Counted from the stretch's first letter, positions 16,792 to 30,859 are shown. The stretch: DNA of 64,000 nt from Auanema rhodensis (GCA_964057225.1 OZ059898.1:11718001-11782000); one strand, 5' to 3'. The notes: generated by a model from the sequence alone, not told the origin. Numbers and translations are program-made.

Positions 16792-19700
16792 ATGGAAAAG
16801 CTGAACGGTGGGTCTACAAAAAACTATGGTTCGAAAACAGATAAAACTGGGACTCGTTTACCACGTCAGCGGACTAAACAAGGTTTGTTCTGTTTTATCC
16901 ATCGTAGTCAATATTGTTTAATTTGGATTTATCTTAGATATTCGAAATATTAACGAAAACTATTTTATTTTCTTATATTACAAAGACAAATATGTAAAAA
17001 AAAAGTTAGTAAGAAGAAGCTGGTGAATCTGTAATTAAAAAAATCATTACTTTAAAAGGAAAGAGAACTACAAGTTATTGGGTTTTTCTGGGCGGGCTAG
17101 GCAGTCGCTGCGAGACCTACGCTAGTTGCGCTGCAGAGAAAGAGAGGAGATTGATCGGGCGCAGAGCTAGACAGACAGAGCTAGTAAGGTCGCACCGCAC
17201 ATCTGTATATTGCTGTATCTACTCCTATATACAATATTTTTGTAAAAATCTGGCCTAATTTGATTATCTGAATTTATGAGCTCAAGGTGTGTAAATTTCC
17301 CACAAAAATTTTAATTTTAGCATGTGTTACACCCCAAATTGTGAAGGATTATTTTTTTTGTTCATATTCATTTCTTTTTTAGCTCGGATGTCTACAGGTC
17401 CAGCAGACTCTGATCAACTAAGTGCCGCTCCATCTTCTATTCGTAAGCGTCATTCTCCAAATTCAGGTGAACATAGTACCGATTCAACTTCATAAACATT
17501 TTTTTTGCAGGTTCAAATATTTCGCGACGCGAGTTGGAGTCATCCAGTACTCCTGCGGCTTCGTCCGCTGTTCAAAGTGCTCTTCATTCAAAGCAAAGAA
17601 AAATTATTCCTGGCTCTAGTCATTCTAACAAAGTAATAAATGTGTAGAAAATTTATATTTTACATTTTGTTTTAGGCTGATGATACAGAGTCCAATGTTG
17701 GAAGAGAATTACGTTATTTAACAGATTTCTTCCCTGATCAAGTTGATAATGGCCGTATAACTCGGTCAAAAGCAAGAGGTGGCATTACACCACCAAGCAC
17801 TTCAGATCAGGTATAAATATTGATGAAGGAGCTTTAAATTTTTTGAAGTGTTCTGATTTTAAACTTGGGATTGATTTCAGACAGGAGCTGCAGTTAATGC
17901 CTCAGAGGAGCCACCCATTGAAGACGTAGCTATTGTTGAAACGTAGGCAATTGTTATTTATTTGTTGGTTGATGCAGTATTTTAGTACTTCGAAACCAAA
18001 AAGTAAAAGCAGAAGAATACCCCGTCCACCAGATCGAACAATTGCACATGCAATAGATCTTGGAGGTCCTGTTGTACAAGGATCTCATGATGCATTTAGT
18101 GTTATACCTATACCCATTCATCATCAAAATTTAGGTCCAGTGTTACAACAATCAGAATCAGTTTCACTTAGGTTATTTTTATATTAAAATTTAAAATAAG
18201 AAGAACATGGAAAACAAACAATGAAAACTTATATTATGTCGCTTACAGTACTTTGGATCCGCGTATTTTTCCAAGTACTTCCTGGGAAGTTGACATCAGC
18301 ATAGATGATCAGTCAAATTCTACCCGTAGTAGTGCGTTAAGTGGAACACTAATGACTCCACAAGTTACTATGCCTCCTCATTATCTTCATGCACATCCTA
18401 TAATGAATCAGGTCAGTGTTTTCTATCAATATTTGTAATTCTAAAATATTAGTATCTGGTTCTTTCTAAACGGTTTCTGTTTGAAGAATTATTTTGAATA
18501 TAAATTTATCAGTTTATCAGTAGATGTTTGTTTTTCTTGCTGACTGATATCTCCATGTTCCGACCTTTCCATTCTTATTTAAAACCTAATTTGGAGCTGA
18601 ATTTATTCTCACATCATCACGCTTTCCAAATCATTATTGCTACAAGTTATGTATCTCAAAGATTTATATCATTTGGCTCAACTAGTCTTTATCATAGCGT
18701 GCAATACGATAAGTTTTGTTTGCGTTGATATCGGTCTCCAAGATAGTGAATAACATTCATAATAACTATCATATAAATCTACTGTTTCCAAATTTGCCAT
18801 AAACTGTTCTCCTTTACCGTAAACTTTTTTCATATGCTCCCATTCCTTTCAGATTCCTGTAATTCAACCAGCTCAGAATTCAGTTCCTATTGGTTTACCA
18901 GGAATGTTGTTCGATCCTGTCGGTTCGGCTTCATCCTCGCATGTTCGAACTATTTCAAGGTCCATTAATTGATCAAATAGCTATAAACTTCCATCTATGC
19001 ACTTTAGGTCTGCAGCATCGCAGTTTATTCATGGCCTCGTACCTAGGATGCAGCATTTATTAGGAGGCCACAGAGCTGTTCCTCAAGGTACTGTTGAATA
19101 CATAAAAGGGGGGGGGGGTTGTTTAAAAGAAGAAATGTAATATGGGTGAAGCCGTCGCGATTGACCATTGGCTCGCGGGGTCATCCTTTCTCTTGTCGAA
19201 CGAATATGTATTACGCTGCAGCCTGTGGACTGCAAAGTAAGCAAATAACTGCAGGCACTTATCGTTCAGCTCTTCATCTCGTCTTCACTAGTATTTTGAA
19301 CTACACATGACATTATGAGATGATTTCTAGTGAATATAATTGATCAACACATTATTTCAACATATTTTTAATAATTTTCTTTTTGTTTTGAGCATTGTTT
19401 TGATTGTTCGAAGCTAGCATTTGCCTGCCTCTGCTTTTTAAATCTTTTGGAAAATAGCGGTTCTACATATCAAATAAATGACATTTGGGACACAACCTTC
19501 TCTTCGTCTCTGCGTCCCTACCGTGTCTGGCTCTAGCCGTGTCAGCTGATGTGGACCCTTTCGTAGTCGTTCTTCTTACATTTGCTACTATATCTCTGTA
19601 ACAATGCAATAACTGCTGTTCTATCGTCTATATTAGTCTATAGAAGAATTTCTTCTTTTTTTTATTATTCTAATCAGCCTAGCTGTTTCATTAGTTTATC

Positions 19701-22700
19701 TCGTCAAAAATGGCGGAAGAAGAAGACTCTATGGATGTCGATTTAGCGCGAGAAAAACATTGTTCTGAATCAGCGCTGGACGTTAATACAATTCGAAATA
19801 TTACAAACTGTCATGAATTCCGTATTACGATGGGTACGTCTGGCTGTATCAAGTTTTAGCGGGTTTTTGTGCTGGCAGCGATAGCTGCATCCATATTGAT
19901 AGTAGTCATGTGACTATCTAGAATTAAAAGAGGAACTCGGCGCAAGAAATAAGAGATATTTAATATGAATGAACATGAGCAAAATAGTTTGTCGGAAGCT
20001 AACCTCGTGATTTTATAGATTCTCGTGTGACGAGTATAATGGAAGGATTGCGGTCAGCAAATGAGCTAAGACAAGCTGAAGCAGCTGGCGAGTTGGCCGA
20101 ATGGCTTCTTATGGCAAATGAGGATAATCTTCCAAGTCATCTTCCAGTTAGAGATATTACACATGCTTTAATACAATTACTACAGAAGGAGCATAATTTT
20201 GAATTGGTATTGTGGGAGATGAAGTTTGTTTATAGTTTGTTTTTCTTAGATGCTAACAGCAGCAAGATGCCTTCGTAACCTTTTGGAAGCTGTCCCTCGA
20301 GCACAACCAATAGTCGTAGACGCTGTTCCATTTTTACTTGAAAAAGTTGTTGTTTTTGTTGTAATCATCTTTTTTTAAATCTAATTTTAGTTGAAACGGA
20401 TAGAATGTGTTGATGTGGCTGAACAAGCACTCACCGCATTAGAAGAGCTTTCGAAACGCAACTCTAAGACAATATTGGCAGCTGTATATAATGCAAAATA
20501 TTTTTAGTTTAATACTTCTTCATTCTTTCAGGGAGGTATTGCTGCATGCATATCACATGTCGACTTTTTCTCCCTAGCATCTCAAAGGCTAGCCTTTTCC
20601 ATTGCCTCTAATTGCGCAATGTACTTAACTTCTACAGATTTTCATTTAGTCAGAGATTCTTTATCAGATTTAACCGAGAGACTTTTAATAGGTAGTCCTC
20701 AAGACAAAGTTCTCTTAACAATTTTCAATTCAGAAGACAAGCGTTGTCTTGAAAGTGTTTGTCAACTGTTCGCGAGATTAGTCGAAAACTTGAGAAATCA
20801 TTCCGATAAACTGAGGGAGATAGCTGGCACCAATTATAGGTAGTATATCATCTGGTTATTAATACTCCGAAATTTATAGATTATTGGCTCTAATGCAGCA
20901 ACATCTGGTTGCCCAACCATCACAGCTGAGCTCTACAACGTTTTCATCAATAATCAGAATGTTGAGAACATTCGCAAGTAAATGCCCCGATTTGGCTGCT
21001 GCGCTTATTCGTATGGATTACCAAGTGAGAACCCACATACGGAGTTGAAATATTCATAATATTCATTAAGGCTACAATTCGAGCACTATTTACTGGTAGT
21101 TATGATTCACAAGGTATTGATATCATAGAAAGACCACCAAATCAATTCCAAGATCTTGTTTATTTAGTTGGGTATGTGCTTTAAAGTATCATGCAGTACG
21201 TTATGTAACATATTTTAGCGAACTTTTCCCGAGACTACCAACAACTGGGATGTTTGATATCGATGCTGTTTTCTTCAAGCAGCAAACAACACCGGAAGTT
21301 ACATGGTTTTATCAAGATGATGATTCTCAGTGGCAGCCATATAGGCCACAAGAGAATAAGGCTCTTGAAATGGCCAAGGTTAATATTCATTAATCTTATC
21401 AGATCAGATATTTAATATTGATAGGCAAATGGTTCTATGATACAGGAATTGGCTCTCGGAAATTCTATTTTTCGTATAGATCTTCAGAAGATGACTCAAA
21501 GGAATTTAAGTGGCGGGGATGAACGGCCAGTACAACGCAGATCATCTTCTCCTACTAAAAGTATGAAAACCGAGAAATATAGCATAATTATAACATCAAC
21601 ACAGGTTCTAAAAATTCCGAGATGGATGGACGATTGCTCCTTCTCCAGTCAGAACCAGATCTTTTCGAGCGAGTAGTTGCCTCCTTGTTCCCTGTTCTTG
21701 TAGCAATTGATGGAAGTTCGGTACGATATTTTACATATAATGGAATTTATGTATCTGTTTCTAGTCTGGCCCCGCTTTGAGATATGAATGTCTGCGGGTC
21801 ATGCTACGGATGATATGTCCAGTGTCAGCTAATGTTCTGCGAGTTGTTTTATCAGATTTACCGCTGTCAGGTCATATTGCTTCGGCACTGGCCAGTCCCC
21901 GAAGCAAAGATTTGTCCATTGTCGTAGCAGCGCTACAAATGGTTCATATCTTATTAGAGGTATCATCATATATGAGAGAAGAAATAAAAAGTAATATTGT
22001 AGAAAATGGATGATGTATATGCACCTCTTTTTCGTAAAGAAGGAGTTGCTTATGAGGTACAAAAGCTAGCGGCTATTCAACCTGACACTAAATTATTACA
22101 AAGCGAAGCAGCAGCAACTTGTAATGTGCCGGTATGTACTTATGTTTACAATAACTTTGTAAATAATCTATATTTAGTCTGATTCTGTGAGGGTTACTAG
22201 ATCAAATAAATCTAAACCTAGTACTTCAAACAATTCCGAAGAACCTCGTTCTACACGTATCAGGAATAAGTCCGTAATCGAAACAGATTCAACCAATTCT
22301 AAAGAAACTGTTAGTAGTAGTCGTCATAGAAAACGCACAAGTCCTGATGGGTAAGGAGAAAATTTAATTTCATTGTTTACATTTAATTTCATATTCAGAA
22401 GTCCTGCAGTCAAAAAAGAAAAAGAAGCACGCAGAAAGTCGTCTGGACTTTTCAATGCTCTCAGAATTCCTGGAATTGGTGGTTTACGCACATCTTCAAC
22501 TTCAACATCCAATAGTCCATCATCATCTGGTGTATCACCAACCACTGTAACTTTTCAACAAAGTCCAATGGGAAATTTCATCACAATGGGTATATTTATT
22601 ATTTGCAACAATCATTTTATATTTTGATTTAGTAGCTTCTAATACAACAACTACCAACTCATCTCGTAGCAGAGGGACGTTTAATTCTACAACTATTACA

Positions 22701-25700
22701 ACACCCAATCAAACTGCAATGGGATCTGTTATTAAGGAGAAGCTTAGAGCTTGGATTAAGAAAGAAGGTAAGGGATAATTTTATTAAAATTGATTTACAT
22801 CATTTACTTTAGCTGAGCGTCTTCTTAAAACTTATCTTGCTGATGTCGGCTCTAGCAGAGTTATAGATTGTTTATCTTGGGTAGCTGAGCAATTAGAAAA
22901 AAGGAGTGAGGATGTTGGAATTTCTCCTTTAAGTCAATTATATTCATTACTTGAAAAGGTGTATATTTATTCTGTGTTTTGTGTTATTTAGTTTCTGCTT
23001 AGGATCCTGTGAGTGCATTCGAAATGACCCATTCTGGAGTTATATCCGCTCTTCAAAATTATCTGGTATCCGATGACAGCGAGATTGTCCCACCACGTAA
23101 GCTGAGACTGAAGCGATTTTCTGCTATTTTCATGCATTTAACCGTATGCCAATTTTCATTCTTTGTATTTCACAACAAACTAGTCTAGGCTGACAATTTA
23201 CGCCCAACTAGTGAGGGAGGAACGTTCGCAGTCTTCGAATCGCTAATATCGAAAACATTGGCGTCAGTTGCCCAACTGGAACAGTTCCAAGTAAAGGTAT
23301 GATTATCAAATAATGCAGTTGAATTATGATCGATATATAGGTAAATGACATGGGAGGCATTGCTACTGGAACAAGTGGTTGTTTACGGGGAGCTCAAGCT
23401 TTAAGGTTTTTCCAAAGCCACCAAATAAAGGTGAATAGGCGCTCATAGAATATAAAACATTCATACATTTTAGTGTTGCCTGCGTCGTCACCCTAGTTGT
23501 AGAGAGTTGAGGGATTACCATAGACATGGAGGTAGTACAATTAAGGTAACTGAATTAGAATTAAGTAATTATGTTCGCGTTATTATTGTAGGTTGACCCA
23601 TTCACCTCAATTTCTGCCATTGAACGCTACTTAATAGATAAGGGAATAAATCGCGTACGTAATTGTGAAGAATCTAGTGGAGATGATATCAGTGATGACG
23701 ATGTAAGTTTCTAATTTACGCGATATCTTTATGCTATTGATTAAAGGATCCTGTACTTGCCGGTCACCAGGGAAATGAAGAAAGACGAATTGAAATAATG
23801 TTAGGGGATAATCCCTTGCCTAGTCATATGAGTATTCTCCAAGCTCTCCGGCAACATGCTACCCAGCTAAACAATGGAGAAGAGAGGTATCGACCGTATA
23901 AGGGAAATTAATTAATTGTTGGTTGTAGTGGGTCTATTGGTAGTGGCCTGTGGATGTCTACGCATGTCCTCTATTATAGACTAGCAGAAAATGCGGGAAC
24001 AGCCGCACAACCTGTCCCTATCTCTAACGTTAATTCGGATAAAAAAGATAAAAAGCATAAAATCAACGAAAAATTATGGAATGGTAAAATAATATTATTC
24101 AATTTCGGATTATCTGTTTTTTTTGTTAAGATGGAGAAGTTGAAGTTGCTGAATCATCATTGTGGAAATATTTAGAAAAAGCACTACCATGTTCTATCGA
24201 CGATCCTTGTGCACCCTCATTAGCACTGCTTAGAGCTTTATATGGACTTAATAGGTATTCATATAAAATATTAATAAATTTGTTATCAATTACTTGTAGA
24301 CATTGGAGTACACTATTTGATGAAGAAACTGCTCTACCCACATCCTACTCACCTCTATTGCCCTTAACTTCCTTCCATTCCTCAAAACTTTCAGCCAAAC
24401 TTCAAAGACAATTATCTGATTTTATTTCTGTTGCTACTCAACAACTCCCATCATGGACTTCTGATCTCGTCAAAGTTGTGTATGTTTTTTTAATCCAACT
24501 ATTTGCTTTATTTGTTTGTTTTTAGACCCTTTTTGTTCTCTTTTTCATTGCGAAGATCTCTATTGTATTGTACAGCATTCGGTAGAGAACGTGCTCTCAT
24601 GCACCTTGTATCTCAAACTGAAGGTGCCCAAGGTTTACTACATATCACTATTAATTTAAACTAATAATATATTTTAAGGGGAAGGTGAAGCTTCTAGATC
24701 TACTCCAAGACTTGAACGACGTAAAATTACTGTACGTAGAGATGATATCTTGAAGTCTGCTGAAGCAGCTTTGGCTGGTAATGCTAGCGCAAGGTAAAAA
24801 GAAATCCATGTTTACAATATGTATTATTCCTTTCTAGAGCTATGCTAGAAGTTAACTTTGAAAACGAAGCAGGGTCTGGTTTTGGACCTACCCTTGAATT
24901 TTATTCTATTGTTTCAAAAGAAATGCAGAACGCTGCACATAAGTTATGGCATGGCCCTACTCAAATGGAAGAACTCGAAGGTGGAGAGAAAATAGAATAT
25001 TCAATTTCCGGACATGGGTTGTATCCTGTCGCCTCTTCACATTCCCAACGAAGGGAAAGTGGGCGAATAAAGAAATTTGAGGTATATCTTTGGATGTCGA
25101 CTTGCTTACATGTATTGCTTTTAGACATTGGGACGTTTGATGGGACAAGCTTTAGTCGATTGCCGCATGCTGGATTTACCGTTATCTCCAGTTTTTCTCA
25201 ACTGGTTAATTGAGGATCCTATTCACATGACGTTAAATGAAGTAGGATTGTTCTAATTAAAGTTTAATTACTTCTGTTGTTGCAGATGGAAATTCTCGAC
25301 CCCAGTATGTATAATTCGTTACGTCAACTTACCCTTTCCAAGGAAGATGAGTTTGAATATTTAGAACAGGTTTTTTTTAATTCAAATTAAGGGAATATTT
25401 GATATATTGTTTTAGTATTTTACAATGCCTGGAAATGAATCGTTTGAATTAATGAAAAATGGTAGAAATTTAGCTGTAACTAAAGATAATGTACATAAAT
25501 TTGTGAAAGTATGTTTTATTTCAAGTTTTTTCAAGTTATATTTACTGTTTAGCTTGTTGCCTGGTGGAGGTTAGCCGAAGGAGTATGGCGCGAGATGGAG
25601 GCTGTAAAGAGAGGATTCTCTCAAGTACGTAAATCTTAGAAGGCTTCACATTATCATAAATTTTTAGGTTATTGATCCTTCTCATTTGAATCTCTTTTTA

Positions 25701-26243
25701 CCTGAAGAGTTAGATCAACTATTTTGTGGTTGTTCTGACAATAGTGATAAAGTTTGGAGTGAAAGCATAATTGCTCAGGCTATAAAACCCGATCATGGGT
25801 ATGTGTTTCAGCAACTTTCATTTTTAACTAATAAGTTTTCAGTTATACCCACGATTCTGAACAAATCCGTTGGTTAGTTACAATGTTGGCCTCATTTGAT
25901 CAACAAGATCAACGAAGATTTGTACAATTCGTAACTGGTAGTCCACGGTACGTTAAGTTTAATTATATTGGATTTAAAGTCGCATGTTCAGATTACCGAT
26001 TGGTGGGTTCCGTGCCCTCAACCCTCCGTTAACTGTAGTGCGCAAAACCGCTGCCTACGGCTCCGGAGATGATGAATTGCCATCTGCCATGACTTGTTAT
26101 AACTATCTCAAGGTGGTTTTTCTAATATTATTTCTCTAGTATATTTTTTTATTTTTCAGGTGCCTGCCTATTCTAGTTATGAGATATTCCGTGAACGGTT
26201 TTCTGTTGCTCTGAAATTTATTTACTCGTTCCATCTCACTTAG
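16792..26243 (+). CDS. TRIP12/Ufd4-type HECT E3 ubiquitin ligase (disordered N-terminus, ARM repeats, WWE, HECT)
   Basis: ARM motifs LLMANED and [11 protein letters not shown]; WWE-like [14 protein letters not shown]...[10 protein letters not shown]; HECT motifs [33 protein letters not shown] and [19 protein letters not shown]. Confidence 0.93.
17088..17205 (+). promoter_or_regulatory. GC/CpG- and GA-rich promoter-like island in the first intron of the TRIP12-like gene
   Basis: Locally high CpG and GAGA content about 180 nt upstream of acceptor 17382 and in-frame ATG 17388. Confidence 0.4.
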
Positions 26244-27050
26244 GCTATCTTTTTTTTAATGTCATTAGTATTTTTCTCACTTATGCGGGTTTATTGAAGC
26301 TGAAGGACTATAACTAGTCGCTATATTTAGAGGTGCCTGGGTTTATTTTAGTTCCAAGGACTGTGTTAAAAAATCTTTCAGGATTGGCTCTCATTCCAAA
26401 AAGCCTTCTAACTGCTATTGTTTGCAGTACTTATCATGTGGTAATATGAACTGAATTGATTTGTGATTTGTATTATTTTAAAAAAACATAATCGTTTTGC
26501 TTGGGTCAAAAAGGTCAATTCTTCTTATTCCCCCTCCTCATTTGCCTTTCTGGCTTTACTAGGCCATTACTATTGCCGTCATTACGTAATAATGTGAATA
26601 TAGATATTTCTTACTAGAATTTTGGCATTGTACTTAGTTTTTCTTTTCGATGAAATAAGATGTTTTACTTGTGATTTGTTAATATATCTACTAGAGAGAT
26701 CGTCGGGCATGGTGATACTATATGGGGTGGATGTGGCTCAAAGAATTATGGCATTGAAGAAAAGGAGTAGGTTAGATGGAAGACTGGGACAAGGTCACCT
26801 GAAAGTACAGACGAGGCCGAATAAGGCAGATCGATCAATGTATTCCACTGTAGCAGGCGATCAAGCAGTCGGTCCTTGAAACAGTTGCTGTCATAAGCTA
26901 TCACGAATTTCCGTTCGCGAGATTTTTCGTGTGCCAAAGTCCTACGTTCTGGATGTTGCAGATGCTGCTGAATTCGACTGTTATGTTTTTATTTGTGTAG
27001 GCGGTTCTATTGTCACACATTCACAGATGACAATTTAGAAAATACTTTTG

Positions 27051-28704
27051 ATGTCACTACATATCTTATTTCTTGTATTATACATGATTGCTTTCTATAA
27101 CAGAATTTGTTAGAACACTAGTTCGAACTAGTTAGTTGTCCGTCACAATAGCCATTGTCCTAGGTTGTATCCAAACCAGGCAGAAACTCAATTCTCATTT
27201 CTTGTTCTTATTCCTGAGACCTCTGTCACTTATCGTGCCCTAAAGTTCGTAGTCAGTTCTTAATTTATAACATTATAGGCTATGATAACCCGTGCCGTCT
27301 TGGGATTAGATGCGGTAGTGTCGACTGTGGCTGGTCTTTTCATTTTCTTTCAGCCTCATATTATAGCTGATTTTGTATTTGTGAGTTTAATTTATTGATT
27401 TTTCAACCAAAGTATGTTTTGTTTGAGTGAATTGTACGAAAACTATGATTGAATCAATGGCTTGGTAGCTATTTTTTTCATCTGAACTTTCTTTTGCTTC
27501 AAACTAATTATCTAATGAAGTTGTCATAAAACGACAAAGCAATCCAGCTTTTCTGCCATAAAACGTGTAAACTGGATCTCTTGAATATGAGAAGATATAC
27601 CGCTGTCTTTCGAAAACTTTTTGTAAAGTATTGCCATGTTTTTCAGAGAGTAGAAACTGACGGAGTCCATTGGCATTTAGTAAGATGTATTGGTGGCCAA
27701 ATATTGGCTGGAGCTTTCCTTTCATGGAAAATGAGAAGTTCCGGAACTGTAACGCACACCGTTTGCCATCTGGTTAGAATTGTGGTAAGAAATCGAAATT
27801 CGAAACATTTGAAAATGATAACATGACCGATTTTAAGCCAGCTATCATCTTAATACTTTTGGCTGTACAATGTCGTTCTATGACCCCTGATCTTTTGGAT
27901 GCACAGGTTCGAAACAGTATAATCAGTGCTTAGGCGAAAGTTACTTTCAGCATTTGGAATATGTTAAATATTTCTGCTTTGGTGGTTTGGTCTTCCACGC
28001 CTTACTCTTAATATCAAATGGATGGCAAATTGGTTTGTAACCATAAGGAGGCAACTTATTAAGTTTAATAAATTTTAGGAGCAGCTGTGCTTCCTGGAAA
28101 CCGTGTCGGAGATTGCCTTTATCAACTTGACGCAATTGCCTCTATTTGTATTGGAATTGCTTGGCTTGCTTTCCCTAATTGGCTTCTCCATCGTCAAGTA
28201 AATGCTGATTCTCATCAAAAAACATTTTTTCTTTTCCTTCAAACATTTTTTTAAAAACCATTCTGACTATGAATCATTCAATTAATGAAGAACTTTTCTT
28301 TTAGGTTATCGTCCAACTGGATGATTCTCATTCTTTATGCGGAAGGATAATGGGAGCCCTTTTCGTATCTTCTTATTCCGTATCTACACATGCTCTTCAT
28401 TGGCAAAACCAAAGAGATCGTCAAGTAGCCGTTGACTCTCGAGTAGTTGTAAGTTTAATTCAATTAATTTGTTCATATCAAGAATTTTTCATTTCTGCAT
28501 ATAATTTACTCTTTGGCATCTACCCTCAATTCATTATTTCAGTGCTGTGTCGCCATTCTCTCAGCTCAAATATGGTCTCAAATCGCATACACTCGTGATT
28601 GGTCTGGAGGACATTGGGTGGGAATATCCCTGTTCTCTACCTGGACCGTACTATCTCTGGCATACAGAGTGAGCCTAGCTCTCTCTAAAACAAAAAAGAA
28701 CTGA
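27051..28704 (+). CDS. Multi-pass membrane protein with two tandem TP53I11-like repeats; start either 27051 or 27282
   Basis: Phase-consistent exons give LDAVVSTVAGLFIFFQPHII..HLVRCIGGQILAG and LDAIASICIGIAWLAFPNWL..LCGRIMGALFVS, ending SKTKKN*. The gene is well supported; the family label is tentative. Confidence 0.75.
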
Positions 28705-29057
28705 TTAGCTATCATTGAGTTTTTATATGTTGTTTTTTTGTCTATACAGAAAATGATACAAAATGATTTATAAGTTTTATATTATTCAAAAAATTGTCAT
28801 ATTTAAACTTTTTATCAGATAAATCATATGACTAGCTATTATACAAGTAGTATTAAGATGTATATAGAAGTTCTTTTATAATCTTTTGATAATAATTAAA
28901 AATCAAATGTAAGTAATCATACTCAGGCTAAGATTCAGGTTTCACATCGAGTAGTGCTCAATGTTTATTTCAGTTTTGAGCTACGTATCAAGCATTAATT
29001 TGAGATATCAAACATGTATATTTTTTAATATAGTAAAGTATAGTATAGTCTAGTTTA

Positions 29058-29115
29058 GTATATATATATATATATATATATATACGTACATATATATGTA
29101 TGTGTATGCATGTAT
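29058..29115. repeat. (TA)n/(TATG) microsatellite
   Basis: Directly visible. Confidence 0.9.
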
Positions 29116-30859
29116 GGATGGAAGGATGGATGGATCCACTACTAGAGGAAAGAAACTATGACATTTGAGAGTTCATTTGTGCCTTCATATCATAAAATTT
29201 ATGGAAACGGCAAGAAAATATATAAACTTTATTTGCATCTGGGTAAATTTCAGAATCTATATGAAGTCATCCAACTAATAATTTTTAACAAAAGCCGAAA
29301 ACGTGAAAAGCTCTGTTAAAATAAAACATATAAACAACCGATTTATTTCTGCAACAATTGAAAATGTATGGAGGAACAAGAAACGCAGAACCATATGCTA
29401 ATTAAGCCGTTCACCATTCACGTGAAAAACATTATACGCCTGAAAATCTGAATTATATGTTCGATACCTCTTCTACTTATCATTTCATGAAACCAGATAT
29501 GGTACTAAATAAGCATAATTGAAATTTGTGAAAAGAAAACGATTCATGAGATACTAAATTTGTGTGGGTAGCTACAATATTGCTTAAAATACGAATACCT
29601 TCTTTTTAATTGGATAAGTCTGATGTGTCTTGTTTTTATGACTTATCGGAGCAAGTAAGACTTAATTTGCAGCTCGAAAATTTCTCTTTTTACTTGATAA
29701 ACCAAGCATACTACTTATCATGCACATGTTTATTCTATGTTCAATATGAAAATAATTCTATTATCTAGCAATACAACGTCATTTCTTCAGAATAATCACC
29801 CTGGGAATTCAACAGGATTTCATCAACACTGCTTTTTTTTTATTATTCCTTGCATTTGCTACCTTCTCGACGACTCTCGGTAGCCTTGCAAGCCATTTGT
29901 TGTTGAAATCTACATTGACATGTGTTTCTTTTTGATAAACATGAAAGAAATATATGCGTTTTGCTTTTTCGTGTTGTTCTTTTTTTCAATATGAACCTTA
30001 TATAAGGTTCTTGAAGTCCAAGATAATTAGAAAAAGCTTTCTAGAAGTTCTGAGGTAATAGATACATCAAAATATTTGTGTGTCTCAAACATAGCTTCGA
30101 GCATATGACTTCTCTAAATATGCTAAGAAATCATCACTTTTCAATAACTATCAAAACCTTTTGAATTCTTCGTGAACCTGCTAAAGAATTCTTACTGCAA
30201 TTACTTGAAATTCTGTATTTTAACCATATATTTAGCAAACACCATGTCCTCATTGTTGAGCATATTTCACTACTTGTAAACCAAAGTATGTCTATGTCCT
30301 AAAAAGTTCGTCGATTGTTCGTGATTGTTCCTACTTTGTCAAATCTTCGTTCTTGGATCCTCCAAATTGTGACGTAAAACTATTCATCCTCATTTCCAGC
30401 TATCGCCTTAACTATGAGCTCAATTAGAACAGATATACTAACGATGTTAATCAACTGGCTTTAATAATGTTCGAGCTGGGACAGCCCCCTCACTCCTTAT
30501 GTAGCCACGCCTATTCTCTTCTTCATCCTAAAACTCGGGAAGACGAAGCTCTCAGTTTTCTCCAATTTCTTTTACAACTTTTTCCAAAAAAAGGAGAATT
30601 GTTCCAATTCCTACATCTTGATGCTATATAACTTTGTTTTCCATATGAATTATGCTAACCTAACCATATACAAGGACCTTCCTTTGCTGTAATCAACATT
30701 TCCTTTAAATTTTAACTAAATATTTATAACTCATTTCTCATAACATTCGCTAAATACATTAAATAATAATTACTTTCTTCTTTTCAATGTTTTAACTCAT
30801 ATTTATTATTACTACTTCCTGGCATGAGGAATTTATTTGAGTCAGTACTAGTTTAGACC

